Positions 1 to 10,100 are shown, counted from the stretch's first letter. The stretch: DNA of 34,096 nucleotides from a virus (IMGVR_UViG_3300017714_000064:1-34096); one strand, 5' to 3'. The notes: a model not told the origin generated them from the letters alone. Numbers and translations: made by a program.

Positions 1-2121
1 AAGACCACCTTTTTTATTCTTGCCCGATTTTTTAGTCCAGGCAGCACCTTCTTCAAGTTCACTTCTCCAATCTGAAGCATCTTCAAATCTTACCTTTGGT
101 TTTAGTTTCTTACCATCAGGTGAAGGAACAAACTCTCCAGTCTCTGAAGACTTCATGTCATTAGTATCTACATCACCATCCACATCAGCATCGACTCTTC
201 TTACTGCTTTTGCAACAAGTTTTTTTAGATTGCCACCGTCAATTTTTGATTCTTCTTTTTCTTCTGTTGACATCCGATTTGATACTGTATCTTTAACCTT
301 TTGTGTAACCTTCTTTTTTGCTGCATTAACAGCAATCCTTCCACCAATCTTTAGAGCACCTGCAACCACTGGAGCAATTTCATCAATCTGCTCACCTTCG
401 AGTTCTACATGATTTCTTTGTAGTGGATTATAATAAGGATTTACATCACTTTTATATTTTGGACCTTTAGAAGTGAATCCTGCTTTTCTTCTTTTCTTTT
501 CAAATTCATGTCTATTTTTAGGACTTAACTTTCTTTTTGGAATTGGTTTGCCAGTAAATCCAATTTCAGTCTCATCTTTTGCTTCATCTACAAATTCTTC
601 ATTTGCTTTTACGCAAGAACCTTTTTCTCCTGGAACAGAACCTCTCTTTCTCTTATATCCTTTCCAACACTTTAGTTCATCAATAGATTCAACTTCTTCT
701 TTTTTTAATTTTTTTTTAAGTCTATCTATACCCTCTTTTGTTCTTTTAGATGCAGGTCCAGCATCCCACTGTTTTTCTTTTGGTACTTCAGGACCTTGCA
801 CTTCATTATTCTTTTTAATTTCAAAACTCGGCGACTCAGAAACTAAAGGTTCTGGTTTAATGATATCAATAAACTCATATTCGGTTGCCTTAAAGTCGTC
901 TCTCCAATCAGAGTATTGAACATTTTCTGAAACTGCTTTCTTTGCGACCTTTGCAACTTTACCTGCAGTATCTACACCAGACTTCACACCTGTACTAAAC
1001 TTCTTAGCACCCTCAGCACCAACCTTTGCTGCCTTGGAGATAGTTTTTCCAGTTTCTCTGACAGCGTTCATTGCATCCCGATGTCTCTTCATACCTGCAG
1101 TTACTTTAGATGCAATTGCATCTAATACAGGTCTTCTCTTTGGTTGTTTCTTTTTAGCAGTATCTGCTGCAGACTTAGTTTTTTCTGTAGACTTAGTTTT
1201 TTCTATAGATGGTTTTTTCTTTGCTGCTTCTCTAGCATCAATTTCTGCTTTTACTTGTGCATAAGTTTTTCCACCTGTTCTTCTTTTTGCTGCTCTTGCC
1301 TCAGTAAGATATGTAAATTCGGCAATGTCCTGAACAAATTCAACAAAAGATTCGAGACCAATTTCTTCGATGAAAATTTCTACTCCATCCTCATTAATTC
1401 CTTCATTAAAGAAATATTCTGCTGCAGTATTTACTACCCATTCTTCACTTTTGTTGCCCCAGTTAGCAGCACCTTTCTTACGACATTGAACTAAACGACC
1501 GGAAGCATATGCTGAAGGCCAAACATCAGAGTTTGCCTTTACTTTATTGTAACAAGCATCTTTTTTACCACTACCCTTACTCTTTTTATCCTTTGCTTCA
1601 GTTACTTGTAATTCTTCTTTCATTTTCTTTTTCTTTTTTGGGTTGTCAGTTGAAACGTAAGTTGGTTTTGCTGCACCAGATTTTTCTTGTTGTTTAGAAT
1701 CTTCTGTCTTCTTTCTTCTTGCCGAAGATCTTCTTTCTGCTGGAGTCATACTGTTATATTTAGAACGAGATACACACTTTGGCACTCCTTCACCCGGTTC
1801 ATCACTTGCACAAGTTCCACCTGTAAGAACGTTTACCCAACCAGGTTTTGCTTTTTTGCCATTTTTACTTTTCGACTTTGAACCTTTAAACCAATTATGT
1901 AAGGTGCCTTCACTAACTCCTCCTCCATTAGAACCCCCATTAGAGTTCCCATTCCCATTTCCATTGCCATTCTGGTGATTTCCATTCTCTTCGGACTCAT
2001 TTTTTTCATTTTCATGTTCCCTACGAAGATAACCACCCAAACCCACACGATATCCTGTTGGAATTTTCTTACATTTTTTATCTTTATAGCAGTAGTAATA
2101 CCCCTGCTTACACTTCTTCAT
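1..2121 (-). CDS. Large modular Lys/Arg-rich protein, at least 707 aa, truncated by the window edge; candidate head-internal (poly)protein
   Basis: Not in the ORF track. I read the frame codon by codon: ATG at 2121-2119 (MKKCKQGYYYCYKDKKCKKIP...) with no stop down to position 1 (...ELEEGAAWTKKSGKNKKGGL). It overlaps the gp16 3' end, and a TCTAAATA box lies upstream. The function is inferred. Confidence 0.88.
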   Translation of the reverse strand, partial: MKKCKQGYYYCYKDKKCKKIPTGYRVGLGGYLRREHENEKNESEENGNHQNGNGNGNGNSNGGSNGGGVSEGTLHNWFKGSKSKSKNGKKAKPGWVNVLTGGTCASDEPGEGVPKCVSRSKYNSMTPAERRSSARRKKTEDSKQQEKSGAAKPTYVSTDNPKKKKKMKEELQVTEAKDKKSKGSGKKDACYNKVKANSDVWPSAYASGRLVQCRKKGAANWGNKSEEWVVNTAAEYFFNEGINEDGVEIFIEEIGLESFVEFVQDIAEFTYLTEARAAKRRTGGKTYAQVKAEIDAREAAKKKPSIEKTKSTEKTKSAADTAKKKQPKRRPVLDAIASKVTAGMKRHRDAMNAVRETGKTISKAAKVGAEGAKKFSTGVKSGVDTAGKVAKVAKKAVSENVQYSDWRDDFKATEYEFIDIIKPEPLVSESPSFEIKKNNEVQGPEVPKEKQWDAGPASKRTKEGIDRLKKKLKKEEVESIDELKCWKGYKRKRGSVPGEKGSCVKANEEFVDEAKDETEIGFTGKPIPKRKLSPKNRHEFEKKRRKAGFTSKGPKYKSDVNPYYNPLQRNHVELEGEQIDEIAPVVAGALKIGGRIAVNAAKKKVTQKVKDTVSNRMSTEEKEESKIDGGNLKKLVAKAVRRVDADVDGDVDTNDMKSSETGEFVPSPDGKKLKPKVRFEDASDWRSELEEGAAWTKKSGKNKKGGL
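1171..1204. repeat. Tandem duplication with an 18-nt period (16-nt identical core AGACTTAGTTTTTTCT)
   Basis: Copies at 1171-1186 and 1189-1204; encodes EKTKS-T-EKTKS in frame. Confidence 0.85.
1918..1986. repeat. Degenerate hexamer repeat encoding an Asn/Gly linker
   Basis: (N-CCATT)n-like run encoding NGNHQNGNGNGNGNSNGGSNGGG on the minus strand. Confidence 0.75.
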
Positions 2122-2551
2122 CTTTTTCGGTAGAATTATTATTATTTAGAAAACCTTGTTTTAACATCTTCTGAAGTTCGGAAGTGGAACCTACAAAAAC
2201 TGCATTATTAGTGACATTATTGTTTGTGGTTCTATTAGTTTCCATCTGAATTTCTTTAAGTTTTTTCTGAAGATCAATTAACTTGTCTGTGGTATCTGCA
2301 ACACTTTTAATTAATTGTCCTGCAACCTCATATGCTCTTGGACTACCTCCTTCACCTGCAACTTCCATAATTCCGTTGATTGCTTCTTGACCTTTTTCAA
2401 TCAAGGAATACAAATTTGCACGACTAAATTCGTAATCTCTATCAATATGTACATCATTTGATTTTTCTATTTTTAATTGATGTGGTTTTACATTAACAAT
2501 TTCACTTTCGGTATTAAGTGCTTTATCTATAGAATCATATTCATTACTCAT
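2108..2551 (-). CDS. gp16: Terminase small subunit (T4 gp16-like)
   Basis: DYEFSRANLYSLIEKGQEAI...PRAYEVAGQLIK...VFVGSTSELQK motifs; 147 aa; follows gp15. Confidence 0.93.
   Translation of the reverse strand: MSNEYDSIDKALNTESEIVNVKPHQLKIEKSNDVHIDRDYEFSRANLYSLIEKGQEAINGIMEVAGEGGSPRAYEVAGQLIKSVADTTDKLIDLQKKLKEIQMETNRTTNNNVTNNAVFVGSTSELQKMLKQGFLNNNNSTEKDEEV
2143..2150 (-). promoter_or_regulatory. Late-promoter-like box TCTAAATA
   Basis: One mismatch to the T4 gp55 consensus TATAAATA; lies inside the gp16 3' end, about 22 nt upstream of ATG 2121. Confidence 0.55.
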
Positions 2552-2556
2552 AATTA

Positions 2557-3357
2557 TTAAATATCAAGTTGTTGAGTTGGGCTATAAGATTTACTATCCC
2601 CAAGGAACTCCCAATCTTCATCAAATCCATAATTGTCACCGGGATTTGCTGTTATTGGATCTGGAGTTGCCGTATATCTCATTTCACGTTTTGCATTTTT
2701 CGTATCAGTATCTGCATATAGATCAACTTGAACCTTACGAATAAGACCTTCTGTAGAGTCTGAAATAGGTCCAAATATATAAGTTTTTGCTGTAAATCTT
2801 AATGTATATATGAGTGCTCTTCTTGTAGAGAAATCACCCTCATAATCATCTTGTAATTCAATGTTGTCCATTACAATAGGAACATCTTTTTTCTCACCAA
2901 TGGAATCAACTAAATCGATTGTTAGATTAAAAGAAGGTTGAAAATATGGCAAAATTTGCTCAATAATTTGTAATGAATCATCACTTAATTTTGCATAAAT
3001 GCTTAGTTCAAAACTAATATTATATGGAACTGGCATATAGACTTTTTGGATATTGCCATTTACATCGTTAGTTTTAAAAGTCTTTGTAACACTAGTTTTT
3101 CTAGAAGGATCATATTGAATCCCAGACATCTCAAAAGACATTCTGGGTAAAGTAATGGCAATTGGTTTATTTAAATCGGATTGTTGCTGAATCTTCGCAA
3201 TAAACTTTTGTGTGGGACCATAACTCAGACCAACTTTAGTTTCATCTGCAATGCTACCATCTTTATTTCGGTGTCTGATGTAGATGTCATTAAATAATGT
3301 TCCAAATCCAATTATGGTTTTTCTAATTATTTCGTGATAAAAATAGGTTCCTAACAT
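2557..3357 (-). CDS. gp15: Tail sheath stabilizer / tail completion protein (gp15)
   Basis: YFYHEIIRKTIIGFGTLFN, LPRMSFE, PVPYN, QIIEQILPYFQP; 266 aa; gp13-gp14-gp15-gp16 synteny. Confidence 0.95.
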   Translation of the reverse strand: MLGTYFYHEIIRKTIIGFGTLFNDIYIRHRNKDGSIADETKVGLSYGPTQKFIAKIQQQSDLNKPIAITLPRMSFEMSGIQYDPSRKTSVTKTFKTNDVNGNIQKVYMPVPYNISFELSIYAKLSDDSLQIIEQILPYFQPSFNLTIDLVDSIGEKKDVPIVMDNIELQDDYEGDFSTRRALIYTLRFTAKTYIFGPISDSTEGLIRKVQVDLYADTDTKNAKREMRYTATPDPITANPGDNYGFDEDWEFLGDSKSYSPTQQLDI

Positions 3358-4787
3358 TAGTATTCTCCAAATGGATTTTTTTCAGTAAAATCTAAAATAG
3401 AATCTGCTTCAATTTCAAATTCTTCATTTTCGTCATATGATTCCTCATAACTATTATTGTCATAGGATTTGAGAATATAAACTGCAGAAGATTCTGATCC
3501 TGTGATAGTTTCACCAGCAGAAAACTGTCCACTATTTATGGCAACTCTCAGTGTTCTTGGTGGATTTATGGTGCTAATTCCAGGACCTCTAAGGACTTCA
3601 TAACTTCTAACAACAGCAGTTGTTCCTGAAAGTGATCCAGTAACAGTTTCATTGTATAAGAAAGTTCCTGCTGCACTGACAGTGCTTGCCGCGGAAATAT
3701 TTACACTAGGTGCTTCAGTATAACCAAATCCTGCATTGACTATTTGTAAAGTAACTTTTCCATCATTTAAAATTGTCCTTGCTGTAGCCGTCTCACCAAG
3801 TCCTACAGGACCATCGATTGTTACTGAAGGTGTCAAATAGTATCCAGAACCTTGTTCGTTCATTGTGAGTAGTCTGACACCACTATCAGACACCACTGCA
3901 GTTGCTGCTGCACCTACACCTCCCCCACCACTTATATTAATTGTTGGTGGATTTGTTGCTGTATATCCACTTCCAGCATTTGTAATTACTATAGATTCTA
4001 AAGAATTGACACTACCGACTGAAGTTGTAATTGCAACAGCAGTAGCTGTTACTCCACTAGTTGGTGCTGAAATTGTTACAGTAGGTTCTGATGTATAAGC
4101 ATAACCATCATCATTTAAAATAATTCTACTTACAATTCCATCACCGATTGATGCAGTTGCCTCTGCATTAGTATATGAACTCGGTGATAAATTTAAAGTT
4201 GTAATATAACCTTCGTCCTCTACAGTCTTATCAACAACATCAATTGATGTATCAATGACTTCATTTTCATACTCATAAAGTTCACATTGAAGTTCAAAAA
4301 CATAATTTTTTCCTAACTGGTAAAATGGTTTTTCGAATTCAACTCTTTTTATTTCAAATAATCTTTCTCCTAATGGAAAAAATATCAAATCTCCTTCGGA
4401 AGGTCTCTTTGCTAATAAAGTTTCGAATCCAGTCAAAGTTTCATCCACAAGACCTTGATTTAATCCTGATATGAAAGGTCCTATAAAATCTTCAAATCTT
4501 TCTTTTGATATAATTAGATTTATTTCATTCTTCAATCTCAAACCAAATTTAGACATGATATCACTACCTGGAGTATATCCTTCGTAATTATCCAAATATG
4601 CCTCAATCAAAAAACTATCATTAAACTTTGAAGTTTTTGCCTCTCTTAGAACATCATCAAGATTTAAAATTTTTCTGGGGAGATAATATACATCAATTCC
4701 ATAAATTTTTAACTGCTCATTAATTAAATCCTGCATTAAAAATTGTTCTGAAGAAGAACCTTGCAAGAAAAAAGGATTTAGTGCCAT
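3357..4787 (-). CDS. gp14: Neck protein gp14 with an inserted repeat region
   Basis: DLINEQLKIYGIDVYYLPR, SKFGL, RPSEGDLIFFP, PFYQLGK and a C-terminal NPFG; 476 aa. Confidence 0.93.
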   Translation of the reverse strand: MALNPFFLQGSSSEQFLMQDLINEQLKIYGIDVYYLPRKILNLDDVLREAKTSKFNDSFLIEAYLDNYEGYTPGSDIMSKFGLRLKNEINLIISKERFEDFIGPFISGLNQGLVDETLTGFETLLAKRPSEGDLIFFPLGERLFEIKRVEFEKPFYQLGKNYVFELQCELYEYENEVIDTSIDVVDKTVEDEGYITTLNLSPSSYTNAEATASIGDGIVSRIILNDDGYAYTSEPTVTISAPTSGVTATAVAITTSVGSVNSLESIVITNAGSGYTATNPPTINISGGGGVGAAATAVVSDSGVRLLTMNEQGSGYYLTPSVTIDGPVGLGETATARTILNDGKVTLQIVNAGFGYTEAPSVNISAASTVSAAGTFLYNETVTGSLSGTTAVVRSYEVLRGPGISTINPPRTLRVAINSGQFSAGETITGSESSAVYILKSYDNNSYEESYDENEEFEIEADSILDFTEKNPFGEY

Positions 4788-4789
4788 AA

Positions 4790-5629
4790 TTATCCTATAC
4801 AGTCTAGAGGTGGAAGTTCATATTCTTGACTCATTTTTTGTTTAATTTCATCAAGTTCTCTAATCGCATCATCATAAATTTGTCTTCCATTTAACTCAAT
4901 TCCACCTGGAAGTCTTACACCATTAAATTTTATCAAATTTTGTCCCCACTGCCTTTTGATTAAAGAAGTAAGATATAACTTTACAAAGGTATCATTGTAA
5001 ATTTGATTAAAATTTGTAGGATCAAGAGCTCTATAACAATCAAGTATAATATATGTATCTTTTGATTGTGATTCCCAATCTAAATCCAAATATAATCTAT
5101 CTTGCCTTTTATTAAATCTAATTTGCGTATCTGTAGTCAGTAAGAAATCAATATCTTCGAGATAAGTCTTGAGCATAGAGTACTGAAGAAGTTCAATAGA
5201 ATTGAACTTGTACATATCATTCAAAAATAACTGATATTTGACACTAAACATTCCATTTGAAATTGAACTAGTATCAAATTTAAATATTTTTTCTATACCA
5301 ATGATAGATTCTGGAACTTTAATATAATTTGAATTCTCATAATAATTAAAAGTAGTTGCAGTTCCTACTATAGTTGATGTACCGGAAGTCGTTACAATAC
5401 CAACACCACCTTCAGCACCTGCTCTTCCTCTATCAATATCATCCTGAGTAATTTTATATTTCAAATACATTCTTTCGACACCATCGAAGTGTCTTTCATT
5501 AAAATATTGAATGGTGTCATCCACCAAATCATCAATTTGATCATCATCTACATTGATTTCCAAGACTGGAGCTCCCAATCTTCTTAGACAATAATCGATT
5601 AAACCTTGTCGTGTGCTTGGTTTAGCCAC
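4790..5629 (-). CDS. gp13: Neck protein gp13 (GTG start)
   Basis: LIDYCLRRLGAPVLEINV, KRQWGQNLIKF, LPGGIELNG; TAGTG overlap with the upstream stop codon. Confidence 0.95.
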   Translation of the reverse strand: MAKPSTRQGLIDYCLRRLGAPVLEINVDDDQIDDLVDDTIQYFNERHFDGVERMYLKYKITQDDIDRGRAGAEGGVGIVTTSGTSTIVGTATTFNYYENSNYIKVPESIIGIEKIFKFDTSSISNGMFSVKYQLFLNDMYKFNSIELLQYSMLKTYLEDIDFLLTTDTQIRFNKRQDRLYLDLDWESQSKDTYIILDCYRALDPTNFNQIYNDTFVKLYLTSLIKRQWGQNLIKFNGVRLPGGIELNGRQIYDDAIRELDEIKQKMSQEYELPPLDCIG

Positions 5630-6594
5630 TAGAATTCTCCTCCATCAATGGTTGTTGTCCATACAGGAGTGTCTGTTCCTGCAATTTCTTGTGTTGTTAA
5701 TATATAGTTGCTTGTAGTAATAAATCCTGTAGTGCTTGCGGTACTTAATAAAGAACCATCAGAATTAAAAAATGCAATTCCATTTGGACCACTAAAATTG
5801 CCACTTACATAAGATACACCTATACCTGGTATTACATTACCAGATAGACTTAAGTCAGAATTTATTTGAACAACATCATCGAAAGTTGATTGTCCTCCTA
5901 CAAATAATGTATTTGTAGCAGAAAGATTGCCAGAAGTTACAATACCTGCAAAGTAACCATCCTTCCATTTTTTTAATTCTGAACCAATATCATAAGTATT
6001 AGTCTGATCAGGAATTAAATTTGATATAAATTCACCAATTACATTAACATCATCAGTATCAGAATTTCCTATTCCAATGGTTCCACCCTGAAAGGTTACA
6101 GAACCAACAAATGTAGATATTCCACTAACAAATAAATTGTTACCTACAGAAAAATTATCATTTACGAATAAATTACCTCCAGTAGTGGTAATTCCTCCAT
6201 TAGAAGCAAGTGTAGTTATTCCTGTTATGTTAATGTTTTGTGAAACATTAACATTTTGTCCAACATTTAAATTACCTCCAATTCCCGTACCACCTTCAAC
6301 AACAAATGCTCCTGTTGAAGGTGAAGATGAACTGGTCGCATTTGTAAAAGTTACTACACCAGTAGCACCAAATGTAGATGTTTGAATAACATCAGTTAAA
6401 AAGAATGTAGAGGTGTCAGAATTATAAACAAGAATTAAACCACTTTCATCTACTTGAGTTAAATCAACATCAGATAAATTTGATAACTTTGAAGCAGATC
6501 CTGTTTGCTGTGAGAGAACTTTTATAGCTCCCACTTGACCAACTCTTACTTTGGTCGTTTTACTATTAATAAATTTGGCTTTTATATCTGCCAT
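5629..6594 (-). CDS. Putative fibre-like virion structural protein
   Basis: LSNLSDVD motif, Gly/Asn/Val beta-repeats (GIGGNLNVG, GGNLFV, GNNLFVSGISTF), LIPD..YDIGS..KKW segment and C-terminal IDGGEF; directly upstream of gp13. Confidence 0.7.
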   Translation of the reverse strand: MADIKAKFINSKTTKVRVGQVGAIKVLSQQTGSASKLSNLSDVDLTQVDESGLILVYNSDTSTFFLTDVIQTSTFGATGVVTFTNATSSSSPSTGAFVVEGGTGIGGNLNVGQNVNVSQNINITGITTLASNGGITTTGGNLFVNDNFSVGNNLFVSGISTFVGSVTFQGGTIGIGNSDTDDVNVIGEFISNLIPDQTNTYDIGSELKKWKDGYFAGIVTSGNLSATNTLFVGGQSTFDDVVQINSDLSLSGNVIPGIGVSYVSGNFSGPNGIAFFNSDGSLLSTASTTGFITTSNYILTTQEIAGTDTPVWTTTIDGGEF

Positions 6595-6938
6595 TACCTA
6601 GTCACACCTCCCCTTACTAGCACGTTCCCTTCTACTGCTTTTGTGACAGATAAAGATGTTCCATTAAATAATTTAATGTCATAGACATACCTACCTGGTT
6701 TCAAACCTGCTGTTATAGAAGATCCTAAAGATACTTTTATTTTTCCAGATAATCCATCTCCAACAATAGATGCATTCATACTAATTGATGCTGAACTAGT
6801 GTATGTTTTTCTTATTTGTGCAGAAACTGTTTCATTTGCTAAGTTTAGTGGACTTGCGGTATTAACATCTTCTAATTCAAAAGTGCCATCAAAATCGAAA
6901 CCTTGCTCAATAACTAAGTTTGATACAAAAATTGCCAT
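6594..6938 (-). CDS. Conserved small beta-sandwich virion-associated protein
   Basis: IEQGFDF...AQIRK...LKPGRYVYDI...EG pattern; 114 aa; late promoter upstream; TAATG coupling to the next gene. Confidence 0.75.
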   Translation of the reverse strand: MAIFVSNLVIEQGFDFDGTFELEDVNTASPLNLANETVSAQIRKTYTSSASISMNASIVGDGLSGKIKVSLGSSITAGLKPGRYVYDIKLFNGTSLSVTKAVEGNVLVRGGVTR

Positions 6939-6969
6939 TATTTTAAGATATTAACTGCAGTTATATTTG

Positions 6970-6977
6970 TATTTATA
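6970..6977 (-). promoter_or_regulatory. T4-type late promoter TATAAATA
   Basis: Exact consensus, intergenic, about 32 nt upstream of ATG 6938. Confidence 0.85.
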
Positions 6978-6983
6978 TTGATA

Positions 6984-7184
6984 TTAACCCTTTGACTTTA
7001 AAATCTCCTTCAGTAAAAGTTTTAATTCCATAATGTCTTTTTTAATATTATCAAGTTCTTCTTTTTTTTCCTCTTTTATATTTAAAGAATTAACATACTG
7101 ATCATAAGTAGTGCTATCACAGTTTACGATAGCACCTGTTTTTTCGTCACGATATAAATTTGAATATCCTTCAACTTTTATCAT
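6984..7184 (-). CDS. Small conserved protein with a C-terminal coiled coil
   Basis: MIKVEGYSNLYRDEKTGAIVN...ELDNIKKDIMELKLLLKEIL; start moved to 7184 because of the ATGA overlap with the upstream stop. Confidence 0.8.
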   Translation of the reverse strand: MIKVEGYSNLYRDEKTGAIVNCDSTTYDQYVNSLNIKEEKKEELDNIKKDIMELKLLLKEILKSKG

Positions 7185-10100
7185 CTTATTGCAATACATC
7201 TAAGATCATTTATTCTTACTGCTTTTGCTTGATTTGTACTGGAAGATACAATTTTTATAACAAATCCAGTAAACAAATCAAGATTTTCTGCAGTAAAATC
7301 ATACTGTAAAAATTCACCTTCTATACTAGAATCAACTTTTCTATCTGGTAGTCCACTATTGTTTCCTTCATCAATAACAACCAAACCATCTTTACTCTGA
7401 GTGAGATTTGTATAACCGGGGAAAAGATTGAATGATTGTTCAACTTCACTGGAGTCAGATTTTATTAGTTTATACAATACTCTAAAATCAGTTCCTACAG
7501 GTTTTTCTGCGGATAATATTACCTTCAGTGTTGATGCAGGATTTTTTAATTTGATCAGATTGGAATAGTATGCAGATGAGTGAGGATCTTTTAGTGAGGA
7601 ATTAACTCTACTATCTTTAGCATAATCTGAAACTGGATTATTCAGACGATATGAGTAGAATTCTGTAAATGCATGATCTAAGTTTAAAATAGGTGAGAGA
7701 TTGGAATCACTAGTTTCAAATTTTATCGCAGTAGTGAATGATTTTTTATTTGGTAAATTTTCCAAATATTCATTTTGATTTTCTTCAGAACAAACCAATC
7801 TTACACTGTTCAATGGGTTGAATGAATTCAATAAAACATCCTCAAATCCTTTATCGTTGAATGATGCTTCATTTCCACCAACACTAGTTCCCGTAACAGT
7901 TCTTATTTGAGCACTTACAGAAGTGGAAGAGCTTGGAGTAGTAATATCATAATTTGGTACAACAGCACCAAAAGATATATTTTGAGATGCATTTACATTA
8001 GAACCTCCTAATACTCTATTGTCGTTGAATGATAATTGTGGATAATTATTTGTAGATCCGTCAAGACTTCTATCATTTCCATATGTATTTCCTCTAGAAA
8101 ATTCAATATAGTAACTATCCATTTCAATTGGTGATGAAATGTTATGAGTAATATTATTAATTCTCCTCAAAGAAACTCCAGATAACTCATATTTTTCTAC
8201 AGTTGAACCATTTGCGTGAGATGTAATTTTTGTAGAATCGATTCCTCTTCCATTAGAACTTATTGTAAGAGATCCACTTCCTACAGCACTATAAGAAATA
8301 ATTTCATCTTCGACTTTAATATAACCAAGATTAGTTCCACTGACAGGAATACCCTCGAAATTAACGAAAGGAGAAGTATCTACAACACTGACAGTAGAAG
8401 TATTGTCAACTGATAATGCACTATTTAAGATAGTACTTACCTCACTAGATTGTATATTCTTTAACATTACTTTATTAGTATTAGAATACATTCCATGATT
8501 GAAATGTTCAACTTTAATATAATTACCAGAATTTATTCCACCATCAGAAACAGAGTCTATTATATTTGCTGATGTTGTTACTATTGATCCAGAATTACTG
8601 TAGTAACTTATTCCCACACCAACAGCAAACTCGTGATTACTTCCTTGAGCACCAAACTCACCCTGAACATTAGTGAGATATACAGTATCTAATCCGTTAA
8701 TGGCATTAATCGTTATTCTGGATCCACTTCCAGTTTTGGTTGAAGTTGAAGATGTAATAATACCTACAACATCACCAACTTGATATCCATTACCTGAATC
8801 TGTGGAAGAATTACCAATACTAGTAATAGTTCCTGAGGAATTTGAAGTAATATTCAACTTTAAATTTCTTCCTTTACCTACAATATTATAAGTATCAACG
8901 GTTTCTGTTACTGATTTTGGATAATTTTCTCCAGTTGTAGTAAGTCCTACATTGGTAACAGAACTTCCAGTCCCAACAACTATTGCACTTCCACCATTAG
9001 AAAAAGTTCCTGCTAATTTTCTTCCTACAGAAAGTGCTTCAATTAAAATAGGGCTAGTAGTTGTAGAAATTGAAAGTCTTCCAGTTTTTGGTAAAACCGT
9101 AATAGAATTATTTTTCAATTTAGGAACAAATGTATTTCCTTCACTTAATTGTGTATTATAAAAATAAGCAATTCCTGAATTTTTTGTAAACTCTGCCTTA
9201 TATAATTTAAATTTTAGATCTTGGTAATTATTTGGAGTCCAATTAGATCCATTTTGATTTTTATATAAAAGTCCAATTCCTACTTTTTTTGTATATCTGA
9301 CAGTATCTACATCAGGTAAATTCTTAGTTTCAATTGTTTGTTGTCCCATTACAGCCGTCCAAAGACTATATTCTTCAGACTTATCAGAACTTACAACAAT
9401 AGCATATTCTTTCCCTGGTTCTAAGAATATAGGTTCTGGGAATTTAATGTTAGTTGCAACATTCCCAACAGTAGAAACATTAATATTGATAGTTTCAGAT
9501 CCATCCTCATTCAGTGTCCTTGGCTTTAAAATAGCAGGTTTGCCGATAACTCTTCTTGTAGGAATTCCGTATTTTGTAGATCTGATCTCTACAGAAATTT
9601 CTTCATTTCCACTATCAATTGATGCGAAATATAAATCTATTGATGTTAAAGTTGCTCCATTAACATCTGAATTTGTTTCTATTTCTGATTGATTACCTAA
9701 GGTATTACCAACAATAAATGTTTGTGCTAGTGGATCTGAGTTTGTAATTACTGATATATTAGGAATAACTTCATCACTAATAGCATTTCTTATGCTTCTT
9801 GATTTTGTTCTTATCTTTGATAGTGGTCTTTCAAATTTAATATCAGTTTCTTTGGAAACATAATTTGTTTCTGCTTTAGACTGTGGAATATTTGATATAG
9901 TGGGTAAACCTGAAGAATTACTAGATACGGTATCAGATCTAAGTATAGAATTTACTTTATTTGTCTTACTGGTTGTTAAACTAAAAGTTTTAGTTCCAGT
10001 AGGAATTCTAACTGCCGGTTTTGGTGTGGAATAAGGATTTTTGATAAAGAAAGTTCCTATCAAATCTCCATAATTATCGGAAATGAGTCTTATTCTTTTA

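Noticed and set aside
20-1881. Six plus-strand ORFs rich in Phe, Ser and Leu
   Set aside because: They are antisense shadows of the Lys/Glu-rich minus-strand ORF at 1-2121.
1833-2048. 71-aa Met-rich minus-strand ORF in the track
   Set aside because: It is an off-frame reading of the Asn/Gly repeat inside the longer ORF starting at 2121.
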